From a virus (taxonomy: Duplodnaviria; Caudoviricetes): 30,761 nucleotides of DNA. Location of the stretch: IMG/VR virus record IMGVR_UViG_3300037722_000003, positions 1 to 30,761 of that record; one strand, written 5' to 3'. Below are positions 9,815 through 18,501 of the stretch, piece after piece (the first letter of the stretch is position 1; the number at the start of each line of letters is the position of its first letter). A program made the position numbers and the translations under genes. The notes under the pieces were generated by a model. That model was not told where the DNA came from, ran no database searches, and saw nothing but the letters and a program-made list of their open reading frames with translations.

Positions 9815-12102
9815 TATCGCACCGGACTGTAGGACTGGGGGATGAACTCGGCAGCGAACTCCATGTCCACCCAAGCGGCGGGGTACGGAGTGTCGTTGAC
9901 GAGCTTGATGACTGCGTTGTGCGCGTGGCACATGACCTTGAACTGGAACTCCCCGAAGTCGTCAAGCTGATCGCCGTCGATCGCCGTATTGCCGAACTGG
10001 GGGAAGACGTAGGTCTTGGTCAGTTCGGATCGACCCTCGGGGGTGATCTTCACCTTGTAGCCGGCCGCGTCACGGTGGCGCACCTTGCCCCTAAGTAGGG
10101 TGGTGTTGCCGTTGGCCGGGGTACCGTTGTCGTCTCGGACGAACTGCTGACTGAGTGTAGCCTCTGCGGTGTACCCGACTCCCACGAACGCGGGGCAGTC
10201 GTCGCCGTCCGCATTGTTCTCGTAGTCACCGGGCACGGTGATGGTGGTGGATGAAGCGTCCATCGTCACAGTGACTCCGAACACCTGCGTTCCGCCGGCC
10301 TTGATCGTCGCCGTGTCCCACGTCGGGGCCAGAACCACGTCAGTGATGTTGGCGTCGGGGAACGGAACCGTCCACGTCGTCAGCCCAGTGCTGGCGCTGT
10401 ACGACCCCTGCACCTTCACCTTGCGATCCACACGCACCGCATAAGAAAGGGTCTGTGCGGGGCTGCCGTCCGTGTCCTGCGTCGGCTGGCCGAGGGCCAT
10501 GCGCTCAAGGAATACCTCTTCGTCTCTCTCCACGAGAAGGTAGAGGAAGTCGTCGATGGCGTAGCAGGAGCGGATGGCGGTGGCCCCAGTGAAGGTCCAC
10601 CGGAACCACGAGTTGAGGACCCGCTCTGGCCCGCGCCACTTGGACGTGTTGACGTAGACCGCGGAGGGGTCCGCGAGGGTGAGCACGAACAGTTGGTCGT
10701 GCGCCTCGCTCGCCTTCATCCAGTGAGCCTCGGCCGGGATGTACCCATGCACCCGCTCGGTCAGGTCGTTGGCCACGTTCGTGACCTGCTGCGGGGAGTA
10801 GTCGAACTCCCACACCACGTTGGAATAGTCCGTCTCTCCAGCGAAGTAGAGAGCCGCCCCCTTGATGGTGGGCTCGACGTAGTCCACGCCGAAGACGTGT
10901 GTCGCGTCGTAGAACTGCACGGACTGGGGAGTGATGGGGCCGTTGGCCCGAAGCTCCACCTGGCGGGACGCGTCAGTCAGCATAATCAGCGACTCGCGGA
11001 AGGACTCCGCGAAGATGATGTTGCTCTGCTTGCCGCCCTGCACTCCCTCGTCAATCGGGTCCGCATCCGTCACGAGGGACGTGCTGTTGATCCAGAGGTT
11101 GAAGAGGTCGCCTGCGCGGCTAGATGCCACCCGCTCGCCACTCACCATCCACAGCCTGCCCTGATGGAAGGACAGGTCCGAGAGGGCCGAGCCGATGAAC
11201 GAGGGGCCGGGATTGGTCGTGCTGTCCCCAGCGGATCGGAAGGACCACGCCGGGAACTGGAGGTTGAACTGGGACCCCGTGAACGCCAGCCTGAGAGGGA
11301 AGGTCGTCTTGTCGAGGAATGAGTTCGCTCCCTCCGTAGGGAGCCGCTGGTACCACGGGGGCTGCGTGCCGCTGATGGCCCACCAGAATCCCTGAGGGAG
11401 TCCGATGTCGTCATCGACCGTGTACCAGATAGCATCACTCGGGCCGATGGTGCCGCCCGCGATGAGCGTAGCCTCGGAGGGGAATGAGGCGGTGGTCGAG
11501 GGGGGCTGCTCCAGATCGCGCCACGAGGGGACGTTCTGGTCGTTGTTCTGGTTGCGTACGTTCGCTGGGGTGTCGTTGTTCTGGTAGGTGATGCCCGCCC
11601 CATCCAGCGAAGTCTGCACCTCGCGGTTGAGGATGAAGGTGGAGTCCTCGACGGACACGCAGCGGAACCGCTGGCGCGAAGTCTGACTCCCTGCCGAGAG
11701 GTAGGCGATCATAGCCACGACATCGGCATCGGAATCATCCAGATCCACTACGCTGCCACCGCTGTCCACGGCCTGCACCGTCTGGCGCGTGCCGTCCAGT
11801 AGGTCGAACACCTGAATCTTGTCGGTGTCGAGGGTGGCGTCGGGGTCGATGAGGATGACGAACCGCTCAGTGGCACTACGGTTGAGCCAGTGCGTGTACA
11901 TCACGTTCGTGGGGTCGGTGATGTCAAGCTGCTCGATGGCGCCCTCGCCAGCGATATGCTCAGTCCCGGCTCTCTTGTCCGTACCCCGGACGGTGTTGAT
12001 GTCGCAGTTGTCCTGCGCTTCAAGCTCGAAGGGCAGGCGCTGATTCTGCGACACACGGGTCACGCCGCCCATGAGGGAGGGAATGGAAATCGGAACAGGC
12101 AT
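9814..12102 (-). CDS. Tail tubular protein B (nozzle), T7 gp12-like
   Basis: 762 aa. N-terminus ISIPSLMGGVTRVSQNQR, plus RSAGDSTTNPGPSFIG, FHQGRL, SSRAGDLFNLW and DADPID motifs typical of gp12. Confidence 0.92.
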   Translation of the reverse strand: MPVPISIPSLMGGVTRVSQNQRLPFELEAQDNCDINTVRGTDKRAGTEHIAGEGAIEQLDITDPTNVMYTHWLNRSATERFVILIDPDATLDTDKIQVFDLLDGTRQTVQAVDSGGSVVDLDDSDADVVAMIAYLSAGSQTSRQRFRCVSVEDSTFILNREVQTSLDGAGITYQNNDTPANVRNQNNDQNVPSWRDLEQPPSTTASFPSEATLIAGGTIGPSDAIWYTVDDDIGLPQGFWWAISGTQPPWYQRLPTEGANSFLDKTTFPLRLAFTGSQFNLQFPAWSFRSAGDSTTNPGPSFIGSALSDLSFHQGRLWMVSGERVASSRAGDLFNLWINSTSLVTDADPIDEGVQGGKQSNIIFAESFRESLIMLTDASRQVELRANGPITPQSVQFYDATHVFGVDYVEPTIKGAALYFAGETDYSNVVWEFDYSPQQVTNVANDLTERVHGYIPAEAHWMKASEAHDQLFVLTLADPSAVYVNTSKWRGPERVLNSWFRWTFTGATAIRSCYAIDDFLYLLVERDEEVFLERMALGQPTQDTDGSPAQTLSYAVRVDRKVKVQGSYSASTGLTTWTVPFPDANITDVVLAPTWDTATIKAGGTQVFGVTVTMDASSTTITVPGDYENNADGDDCPAFVGVGYTAEATLSQQFVRDDNGTPANGNTTLLRGKVRHRDAAGYKVKITPEGRSELTKTYVFPQFGNTAIDGDQLDDFGEFQFKVMCHAHNAVIKLVNDTPYPAAWVDMEFAAEFIPQSYSPVR

Positions 12103-12105
12103 GTA

Positions 12106-12750
12106 CTAGTCCTGATAGGCGTTGTCGTTGTACGGCCATGCTCGCTGGACGTACCGGGTACCGGCACGAGGACCCTGCGCGCGGCCGTCAGCGAACTGGT
12201 TGTGGGGACGATTGCGCATGTCGAAGGCGCGGGCCTTGGCCCGGCTATGCGCCGCAAGCTCCCGCAGGTGGCGGTCCATGGTGGACGAGCCAAGCACGGC
12301 CATCTGATACTCCACCGCTGCCTGATCGGCAATGGCGAACTGATGGGCGAGGGGGAGATCGTCGAACGAAATCTGCTGGGTGATGCGGATGTACACAGGC
12401 TCGTCGTCTTCAAACGAATCGGTCGCCGGGGTCTTATCCCCATCGAACAGGCGAAGCTGTCCGCTGACCTCGCGGAAGTAGAAGTTACGGTGCTGGTGCT
12501 GGTTGGCCCCGGACACCTGAAGCGTGTTGTCCGGGAGGACCACGCGGTAACTGTTTCCGCTGTCGGGGATGAAGCTGGTGTTGACGGTGTTGATATGGAG
12601 CCCGTGCATCTGCTCGCGGCCCAGCACCTCATTGAGGATCTGCTCGGCCATGAGGCTGTCGCTCTCCGAGCCGCTGCCCAGCGAGGAGACAGGATGCTCG
12701 TGCGCCCCACGGAGGACGCGGTTGACGGCCTCCAGCTTGGTGAAGTTCAC
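12106..12750 (-). CDS. Tail tubular protein A (gatekeeper), T7 gp11-like
   Basis: TKLEAVNRVL..AHEHPVSSL N-terminus, GLHINT (GWxFN-like) and FDDLP motifs. GTG start overlaps the upstream TGA. Confidence 0.9.
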   Translation of the reverse strand: MNFTKLEAVNRVLRGAHEHPVSSLGSGSESDSLMAEQILNEVLGREQMHGLHINTVNTSFIPDSGNSYRVVLPDNTLQVSGANQHQHRNFYFREVSGQLRLFDGDKTPATDSFEDDEPVYIRITQQISFDDLPLAHQFAIADQAAVEYQMAVLGSSTMDRHLRELAAHSRAKARAFDMRNRPHNQFADGRAQGPRAGTRYVQRAWPYNDNAYQD

Positions 12751-13133
12751 AGTCCATGCCTCCGTAGTTGAGAGAGGATAGGGTCGTCAGTGCTGAACAC
12801 CCCGGAGGGGCCAGCATCTGCTGATGGATAACGAACGATCCCGTCCCTCAGGGCCTCGAAGTGGCCGGCCGTGAAGTTCATGGCCACGGCCACCCCACTG
12901 AGGTGCGGGGCGGGGGTTGTACCTTCCACCCCTCGGGTGCCGACCGACAGGTCATTAGTAGCCCTCGACGTGATGTCGATGATCTCTGACCCAATCGTGA
13001 CCTTGAAGGGGCCCGAGGCGGGGAAGACGCTCCCATCATCCACAGTGATGGTCGTGTCGCTGTCTGTGATCGCGCCATCGAGGGTAGTCGTGGCCCGGTT
13101 CGAGACAGCGTACATAGCGTCGATGTTACTCAT
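12747..13133 (-). CDS. Putative virion structural protein (beta-rich phage tail/baseplate-associated module)
   Basis: 128 aa with pattern TTLDGAITDSDTTITVDDGSVFP..G..VTIGSEII...TRGVEGTTPAPH..G..V, a module I recognise from phage structural proteins. Function inferred. Confidence 0.6.
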   Translation of the reverse strand: MSNIDAMYAVSNRATTTLDGAITDSDTTITVDDGSVFPASGPFKVTIGSEIIDITSRATNDLSVGTRGVEGTTPAPHLSGVAVAMNFTAGHFEALRDGIVRYPSADAGPSGVFSTDDPILSQLRRHGL

Positions 13134-13474
13134 GCGGTCACGACGATCCCGTTAGCGGTGAACGTGCAAGCGCCGGTCGTGGCGCAGGAGACGCCGAGGT
13201 TACCCGATGCGTCGTTCATGTACAGGAGGACGTTGAGAACGATCGTGGTGTTCGCGGCGATGACGACATCGTAGAACAGGGCAGTCGTGTCGTTGTAGGT
13301 GCTGCCGTCGTCGTCGATGAATACACGGAACGAGTCAGCCGACCCGCTGGTATTGCACACCACGACGTTCTTCACGATCGCAGTCTCGCCAGCACCGGGG
13401 CTATACAGCGACTCCGCTGTACCGCCGGAGGCATTCTGAAGCTGACCAAGCTGCTGTTCCTGAGCGCTAGCCAT
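13130..13474 (-). CDS. Putative small beta-sandwich virion protein
   Basis: 114 aa, AGGAG RBS, pattern LYSP...TAIVKNVVVCNTS...LFYDVVIAANTT seen in small phage structural proteins. ATGA-coupled to the next gene. Confidence 0.55.
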   Translation of the reverse strand: MASAQEQQLGQLQNASGGTAESLYSPGAGETAIVKNVVVCNTSGSADSFRVFIDDDGSTYNDTTALFYDVVIAANTTIVLNVLLYMNDASGNLGVSCATTGACTFTANGIVVTA

Positions 13475-13484
13475 TGGATTCTCC

Positions 13485-14036
13485 TTAGTCGGCTACAGCC
13501 ACCACCGAGTAGTGGATGCCAGTGCCGTGGTTGATGACGAAGACGGAGCCAGACTTGGCTACGCCCCAATCAATAGACAGTGTGTTGGTGGCCGGGGCGT
13601 ACGTCACAGTAGCGCCGGGGGCCAGAGTGAGGGTAGCGGTGATCTCGTCGAACTGCTTCGCGTCGAACACGAACGTGTCGAACGCGGCCTCATACGAGAA
13701 GGAAGCCGCCTCCCACAGGGTAAGGACCGGCTCCTTGTCCAGAGTGACGGACCACACCTGAGCCAGAGAGAAGACTTGCTCCGTCTCTTGAGCCCCGCCC
13801 TGAGCCGCCTCGGGGTAGGTGTAGATTCCCTGCTGCTCTCCGTCGATGCGCCGGCTGAGGTTGCCGATGTCCTCGGCGTTCTCCTCGATGTTCTCTTCGT
13901 TGGCGTCGATCTGAGCTTGCAGTCCGGATGAGGTCGTGACAAGGCGACGAACCTCGATGTTGACCAAATGCCGAACGATCTCCTGTAGGCGAGCATCGGT
14001 GATCTGGTCGTTGATCTCGCGGGGTCTAATCGGCAT
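13485..14036 (-). CDS. Hypothetical protein, probable fiber-like virion protein (coiled coil plus beta domain)
   Basis: Start moved to ATG 14036 (MPIRPREIND), downstream of the terminator. Heptad-like LQAQIDANEENIEENAEDIGNLSRRIDG followed by a beta-rich C-terminus. Confidence 0.5.
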   Translation of the reverse strand: MPIRPREINDQITDARLQEIVRHLVNIEVRRLVTTSSGLQAQIDANEENIEENAEDIGNLSRRIDGEQQGIYTYPEAAQGGAQETEQVFSLAQVWSVTLDKEPVLTLWEAASFSYEAAFDTFVFDAKQFDEITATLTLAPGATVTYAPATNTLSIDWGVAKSGSVFVINHGTGIHYSVVAVAD

Positions 14037-14050
14037 TGGGGGTCCTGACG

Positions 14051-14086
14051 AAAAAAACCCCCTCACGCCCAGTGGGCATGAAGGGG
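14051..14086 (-). terminator. Rho-independent terminator (T-phi analogue) closing the head-gene block
   Basis: Minus strand CCCCTTCATGCCC-ACT-GGGCGTGAGGGGG followed by T7. Confidence 0.85.
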
Positions 14087-14112
14087 CCGAGTGAGAGAGG
14101 AGAGGAAGGGCA

Positions 14113-14134
14113 CCGATGGGGTTGCCCCCACCGG
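14113..14134 (-). promoter_or_regulatory. GCAA-tetraloop hairpin after the post-capsid gene
   Basis: Minus strand CCGGTGGGG-GCAA-CCCCATCGG, 9-bp stem with one G-U pair, followed by a C/T-rich tract. Confidence 0.55.
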
Positions 14135-14144
14135 GGCCGAAGGA

Positions 14145-14765
14145 TCAGGTAAGGCGCTGGAGGGTGAAGACGTGGTCGTCCGCCTCCTCTGCGTCCATGA
14201 CGTAGAGGTTGCCCTCCACGAGGACCTTGGCCTCCACGGTCCAGGCCGCGGCATCCGTCACGTCCGCCGACGTGGCGACGAAGACGGTGACGCGCGAGTC
14301 GGAGTCGGCGCCGTCGAGGGCCGCATCCGCGACTGCCACCATGGTGGCGTCAACACCGAGAACGTCGGTGTCATCGTCGTCGCTCGTCGCCGTGCCGCCT
14401 TCGGTGGAGAAGATCGGGCTGGTGACAGCGAGGAAGACGCCAGCCGTCTCCTCGTAGATGTCGAAGTCGAGGTACGCGTAGTCGCTGAGGGGCTCAGCCG
14501 TCCCGGAGGCGGCGGTCTGACGCGTCAGGCGGTAGCGGCCGACCGAGAGCCGATCGACGTTGCCCACGTCGTACAGCGCCGGGTCGTCACCCGTGGTGAC
14601 ATCGGTACCAAGGGGAGTGAGACGGATGTCCTCGGTGCGATGACCGGGGACTCGAAGGACGCGGTCACGCTCGCGCTTGGCGATGCGCTCGGAGGTTCCG
14701 CCGGCGGCGTCACCAAGGGCCGGGCCGCGCCGCTTGGGCGTGTACCGGGTGTTCTGAATGGCCAT
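14145..14765 (-). CDS. Putative capsid decoration / minor head protein
   Basis: Start ATG 14765 (MAIQNTRYTP) after an AGGA RBS. About 206 aa, acidic and beta-rich, directly after the capsid gene and before the strong terminator, so likely highly expressed with capsid. Confidence 0.5.
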   Translation of the reverse strand: MAIQNTRYTPKRRGPALGDAAGGTSERIAKRERDRVLRVPGHRTEDIRLTPLGTDVTTGDDPALYDVGNVDRLSVGRYRLTRQTAASGTAEPLSDYAYLDFDIYEETAGVFLAVTSPIFSTEGGTATSDDDDTDVLGVDATMVAVADAALDGADSDSRVTVFVATSADVTDAAAWTVEAKVLVEGNLYVMDAEEADDHVFTLQRLT

Positions 14766-14798
14766 GGGAAGATTCCTATGGTGAGTGGTTGAGAGAAT

Positions 14799-14820
14799 GG
14801 GAGGGGGCTTTCCCCCTCCC
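14799..14820 (-). promoter_or_regulatory. Stem-loop immediately after the capsid stop (weak terminator or mRNA stabiliser)
   Basis: Perfect 9-bp stem GGGAGGGGG-AAAG-CCCCCTCCC followed by ATTCTCTC, without a true U-run. Confidence 0.6.
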
Positions 14821-14827
14821 CTCAGGG

Positions 14828-15913
14828 TCAATCGTCAACGATCTCGATGGCGCACTCGGGGCGAACGGTGCCGCCGCCCGAGAGCATCTTCGTGAGGAAC
14901 AGGAAGTCCTGACGCGACACGTCGCGCTCCGACTCCGTCATCACGCCCATCTTGACCACGACGCCAACAGCGAGGCTCTGGTAGGCGATGGCCCGGGTGG
15001 CCGTGAAGTCGCCCTGGTACTTGGCCTCGTCGTCATTGGACAGATCCTGCCCCATGACCTGCGCGCCGAGGATGTTGGAGCGACGGATCGTCATTCCATT
15101 GTACATCAGCCCGGTGTTGAAGTCCGGCACGGAGCCCGCAGCGAACTGCTGCTGGCCGCCCGGAGGACCATAGGTCCCGTCGTTCGTCATGAACAGCGGG
15201 TGACGGCCGTTGTTCAGGTCGGTTGCGGAGCGCGGCGAACCGAACTGGCGGATGTTGTGCCAGAAGCGGGCGTCGATGTCCACGTTGCGGCCGTCGAACG
15301 GCACGCGAATCTCATCCCAGCGGATGATGATGTCATCCAGTGCGGTGAGGAAGTTACCGATCTGGTCGTCCGTAGCGTCCGTGCCGAGGGCATGGAGCGT
15401 AGCGGACTTCGCGGCGCCGGCGCCGTCGAAGCCACCGCCGGGGAAGGCCGAAGCCGATCCGCCGTAGAGGCTCGTGGGGGTCGCGCGCGAGGCGTTGATG
15501 AGGAGCCGGTAGGTGTACTGGTCCTGCGCCTCGGCGAGGGCCTGAGCCGACTGCGCGGCGTACTCGCTGCGCTGCTCGAACTGGCTCATCATCTCGTCGA
15601 TGTCATCGACGCGGAAGTGCGAGATCAGCGGGCGCTCATCCGTCTGGATCTGGAGCGACGTGCGCTCAGCGTCCAGACCAAGGAGCTTGGTGCCGATGGC
15701 ATGCCGCTCAGCGCCCATGCCGCCGATGCGGGGGAACTTGGCGGTGTTGCCGGAAACGATGTTCTTCTTCGCAACGCGGCTCGTAACACCGAGGTACTCG
15801 TTGAACCGGGTGAGGACCTCGCCGCTGTAGAGCGGGAGAAAGAGGTCATCGAAGGCCGGGGAAGCGAGCGCGGAGTTAGCGCCGAGTCGGATGGGATTGC
15901 TGACAGCGCCCAT
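14828..15913 (-). CDS. Major capsid protein, T7 gp10-like
   Basis: 361 aa. LFLPLYSGEVLTRF, IVSGNTAKFPRIG, VDDIDE, RSEYAAQSAQALA and GGGTVRPECAIEI match T7-type capsids. AGGAG RBS at 15921-15925. Confidence 0.95.
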   Translation of the reverse strand: MGAVSNPIRLGANSALASPAFDDLFLPLYSGEVLTRFNEYLGVTSRVAKKNIVSGNTAKFPRIGGMGAERHAIGTKLLGLDAERTSLQIQTDERPLISHFRVDDIDEMMSQFEQRSEYAAQSAQALAEAQDQYTYRLLINASRATPTSLYGGSASAFPGGGFDGAGAAKSATLHALGTDATDDQIGNFLTALDDIIIRWDEIRVPFDGRNVDIDARFWHNIRQFGSPRSATDLNNGRHPLFMTNDGTYGPPGGQQQFAAGSVPDFNTGLMYNGMTIRRSNILGAQVMGQDLSNDDEAKYQGDFTATRAIAYQSLAVGVVVKMGVMTESERDVSRQDFLFLTKMLSGGGTVRPECAIEIVDD

Positions 15914-15958
15914 TGCGTGTCTCCTATCCAGTAAGGGAAAGTGAAATGGTCACGATCG

Positions 15959-16081
15959 TCTGCTGGTTGTCCGCGCTCAACGGGCCAGTACCTCAGATGG
16001 TGCGGCTGGGATCGAATAGAGCCATGCCTACACCGCGTCGGTCCGACGTAAAGCACCCGCTCACCTTTCAGTGGGCGGGTG
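15959..16081 (-). promoter_or_regulatory. Candidate structured RNA leader of the capsid gene (four adjacent stem-loops)
   Basis: Hairpins at 16054-16081, 16036-16048, 15999-16034 and 15959-15997 in the scaffold-capsid intergenic region. Confidence 0.45.
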
Positions 16082-16082
16082 T

Positions 16083-16099
16083 GGGGGGGGGGGGGGGGG
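16083..16099. repeat. 17-nt G/C homopolymer
   Basis: G17 on plus (C17 on the coding strand), 3 nt after the scaffold TAG. Confidence 0.9.
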
Positions 16100-16102
16100 T
16101 AG

Positions 16103-16969
16103 CTAGTAAACATTCGCCTCGTCGTAGCGGCGCGGGTCAATCCCGTGCATCACGCCGAGGCGCTTGGCGATCATCTTCCGGTAGTCCGGATCGCTCTGGT
16201 AGCGCGGGTCAGTCATTGCTGCCTGCTGCTCCGCCATGTCCCGGAACGGCTTGACGTTCGCGTTGCCATCCGGCTGGATGGCGGGCACGCCCTGAGCGGC
16301 CGTGCTAATGAGGGAGCCCTTCTCCCCGAATGCGCCGGCCTGTGCGGCTTCGGCCACGAGGCCCCGAAGGTACAGGTCCCCGCCCTCCGACTGGATCTGT
16401 CGGATGAGGGCCTGACGCTGGTCGGCCGTGCGCGTCTTCTTGAGGTGGTCGAAGAGGACCTTGAGGTTCTCCTCGCCGCCGGCGATCTCCTTGGCCTTGG
16501 CCAGATCCGCCGCCTGCTTGGCCACGACGCCGGCCTTCACCGCCTCGATAGCCTCGGCGGGGATGTTGGCGGCGGCCAGCGCCTTGCGCGTCTCGTCAGT
16601 GACGGATCCCTGAACGGTAAGCTCGTCCTTCATCTTCGCCCACAGGGCGGACGCATCGGTGTTCGAGGGGGCTGGGTCCCCGGCAAGGGCCTCTGCCAGC
16701 GATGCCGGCGGAGCCTCTTCCTTGGGCTTGGGGTCCCCGGCGAGATTCGCCAGTGACTCCTCGGTACCCTGCTCCTCTGCCTCTTCCGGCTTGCCGCTGA
16801 GGCGCTGCTCAAGGGCGAGGTAGGACTTAGCCAGCGCTTCCACGTTGACGTTGCCGGCCTCGTCCTTGAACTTGTCCGGAACGTTGGCCGGTGCATTGGC
16901 CGCCATGCTTGCGTTCGCAGCGGCTCGACCCTCGGGGGTCGTGAGATCAGGCTTTGCCTGCTCGCTCAT
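16103..16969 (-). CDS. Capsid assembly scaffolding protein, T7 gp9-like
   Basis: PDKFK...VEALAKSYLALEQRL near the N-terminus and C-terminal AAMTDPRYQSDPDYRKMIAKRL; lies between portal and capsid. Confidence 0.9.
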   Translation of the reverse strand: MSEQAKPDLTTPEGRAAANASMAANAPANVPDKFKDEAGNVNVEALAKSYLALEQRLSGKPEEAEEQGTEESLANLAGDPKPKEEAPPASLAEALAGDPAPSNTDASALWAKMKDELTVQGSVTDETRKALAAANIPAEAIEAVKAGVVAKQAADLAKAKEIAGGEENLKVLFDHLKKTRTADQRQALIRQIQSEGGDLYLRGLVAEAAQAGAFGEKGSLISTAAQGVPAIQPDGNANVKPFRDMAEQQAAMTDPRYQSDPDYRKMIAKRLGVMHGIDPRRYDEANVY

Positions 16970-18501
16970 TCAGTTGCTCCCTGATTCTGGAGACCCGCCT
17001 GCACGCCAGCCTGAGCGGCCTGAGCGGCCATCTCCTGCTGCTGCCGTTGGGCTCTCTCCTGCTCTAGTTGATCTTGGGTCTTGACGCGACCCGCAGTCTC
17101 AAGGCCCATGGACTGCCACCAGTCCCGGGCGATCTCCGTCCAGACGAATGCCTCAAGGGCTTCCGGAGGAAGGTTGCGCATGCGCTCGATAGCCATGTCC
17201 AGCTTCTCGCGCTCTGCTTCTCGATTGAGGATCTCAAGGCCGGCACGGACTCGCAGCTTGGCGAAGCCACCGGACTTCTCGATCTCTTTGCTGATGTCGG
17301 ACGGGATCTCGTTCCTCTGACCCATGACGTAGATCACGCGCCTCAGGATCGGTTCCTGTAGCTCTCGTGCGGCATGAGACAGGACACCGCCCAGCATGGA
17401 CTCAAGCTCCTGTGCGAGGAGGCTGACCTGTCTGGCGGTGACGCGCTCGCCTTTCGGCTGAACGGCGCTGTTCATGAGGAAGCGACGGCCCACCATCTGC
17501 TCGCGGTGGATGACCGCAGCCTGTGTGGCCTGCACCTGCGAGTGATTCTGGAACTGGAGCGGGAACACGTCCGACGCCGTGGCGGGGACGAAGTCACCAT
17601 TCTGCGAATCCAGCATGTCCTGCATCTCGGTGAGGCCGGCGGGATTGACACCCCACCGATACTCAGCGTTCAGCATGGCTCCGTCGAGGAGCGCCTTGGA
17701 CAGCGCATCGAGGGCTCGGATGTCACCGAACATATTCTCGACGAGGGAGATGCCATACGGCTCTCCTGCCAGCGAGCCCCAGCGAACCGGAGCCCAAGGG
17801 GACACCTCGTACTCCTTCTCGCCAACCAGCACGTCACGGAACCACTGCTCCTCCTTGACCCGTCCGGTCCGAGGGTCCTTGGTCACGCGCGTGTACAGAG
17901 GCTCCCACTTCTCGGCAGTCCCGGTCTGGAACATCACCGTCTGCGGGGCGCTCCTAGCCTTCTCAAGGATCTCCGGATACCACTCGGGGTTGATGGCCTC
18001 CTGAATGATGAGTTCCATCCAGTCGCCTTCGTGCTTTCGGCGCACGACGTACTGGTCTGCGCGGAACACACGGTAGCTCAGGTCGTCATCCATATAGATG
18101 AGGCAGTCACCCACCACGAGGAGGTGCTTGTAGACGAGGTTCACGGCCGCTCGCAGGTTAGTGGGCGCGAGCCGGTCCATCACAAGCTCCTCGAACCGAG
18201 CGAATGAGGCGTCGATCTCCGTCGTGTCTTCCCCTTCCGGGACTAGTTGACGCGGAGTCATGATCTCGAAGACGCTCTGGCCGTTCAGCGGGAACACCAC
18301 CGAGGTGGTGCGGCTGCTCAGGGCATTGATGCCCTCGGCCGGGAGCGAGGAATAGGGCACGTCCAGAGGGGCGTGCGTGGCGCGGCCCTCGTAGGGCAGC
18401 AGTTCCGGCATGGTGTACATCGCATGCTCGCGCTTGCGATCCAGCGCACAGCGCCGGTCAGTGTCAAGGTCGGTCCAAAGCTCTCGAACCGTCTTCGTCA
18501 T
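16966..18501 (-). CDS. Head-tail connector (portal), T7 gp8-like
   Basis: 511 aa. YTMPEL, PYSSLPAEGINALSS, HLLVVGD, YVVRR, RWGSLAGEPYG, ERVTA and ELESMLGGVLS motifs. Confidence 0.95.
   Translation of the reverse strand: MTKTVRELWTDLDTDRRCALDRKREHAMYTMPELLPYEGRATHAPLDVPYSSLPAEGINALSSRTTSVVFPLNGQSVFEIMTPRQLVPEGEDTTEIDASFARFEELVMDRLAPTNLRAAVNLVYKHLLVVGDCLIYMDDDLSYRVFRADQYVVRRKHEGDWMELIIQEAINPEWYPEILEKARSAPQTVMFQTGTAEKWEPLYTRVTKDPRTGRVKEEQWFRDVLVGEKEYEVSPWAPVRWGSLAGEPYGISLVENMFGDIRALDALSKALLDGAMLNAEYRWGVNPAGLTEMQDMLDSQNGDFVPATASDVFPLQFQNHSQVQATQAAVIHREQMVGRRFLMNSAVQPKGERVTARQVSLLAQELESMLGGVLSHAARELQEPILRRVIYVMGQRNEIPSDISKEIEKSGGFAKLRVRAGLEILNREAEREKLDMAIERMRNLPPEALEAFVWTEIARDWWQSMGLETAGRVKTQDQLEQERAQRQQQEMAAQAAQAGVQAGLQNQGATE

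Noticed and set aside
14766-14840. T7 10A/10B-style -1 frameshift fusing capsid to the downstream ORF (track ORF 14145..14831 begins across the capsid stop)
   Set aside because: The -1 frame has a TGA two codons before that TTG, there is no slippery heptamer at the capsid end, frame 0 has TGA CCC TGA, and the downstream gene has its own RBS and ATG at 14765.
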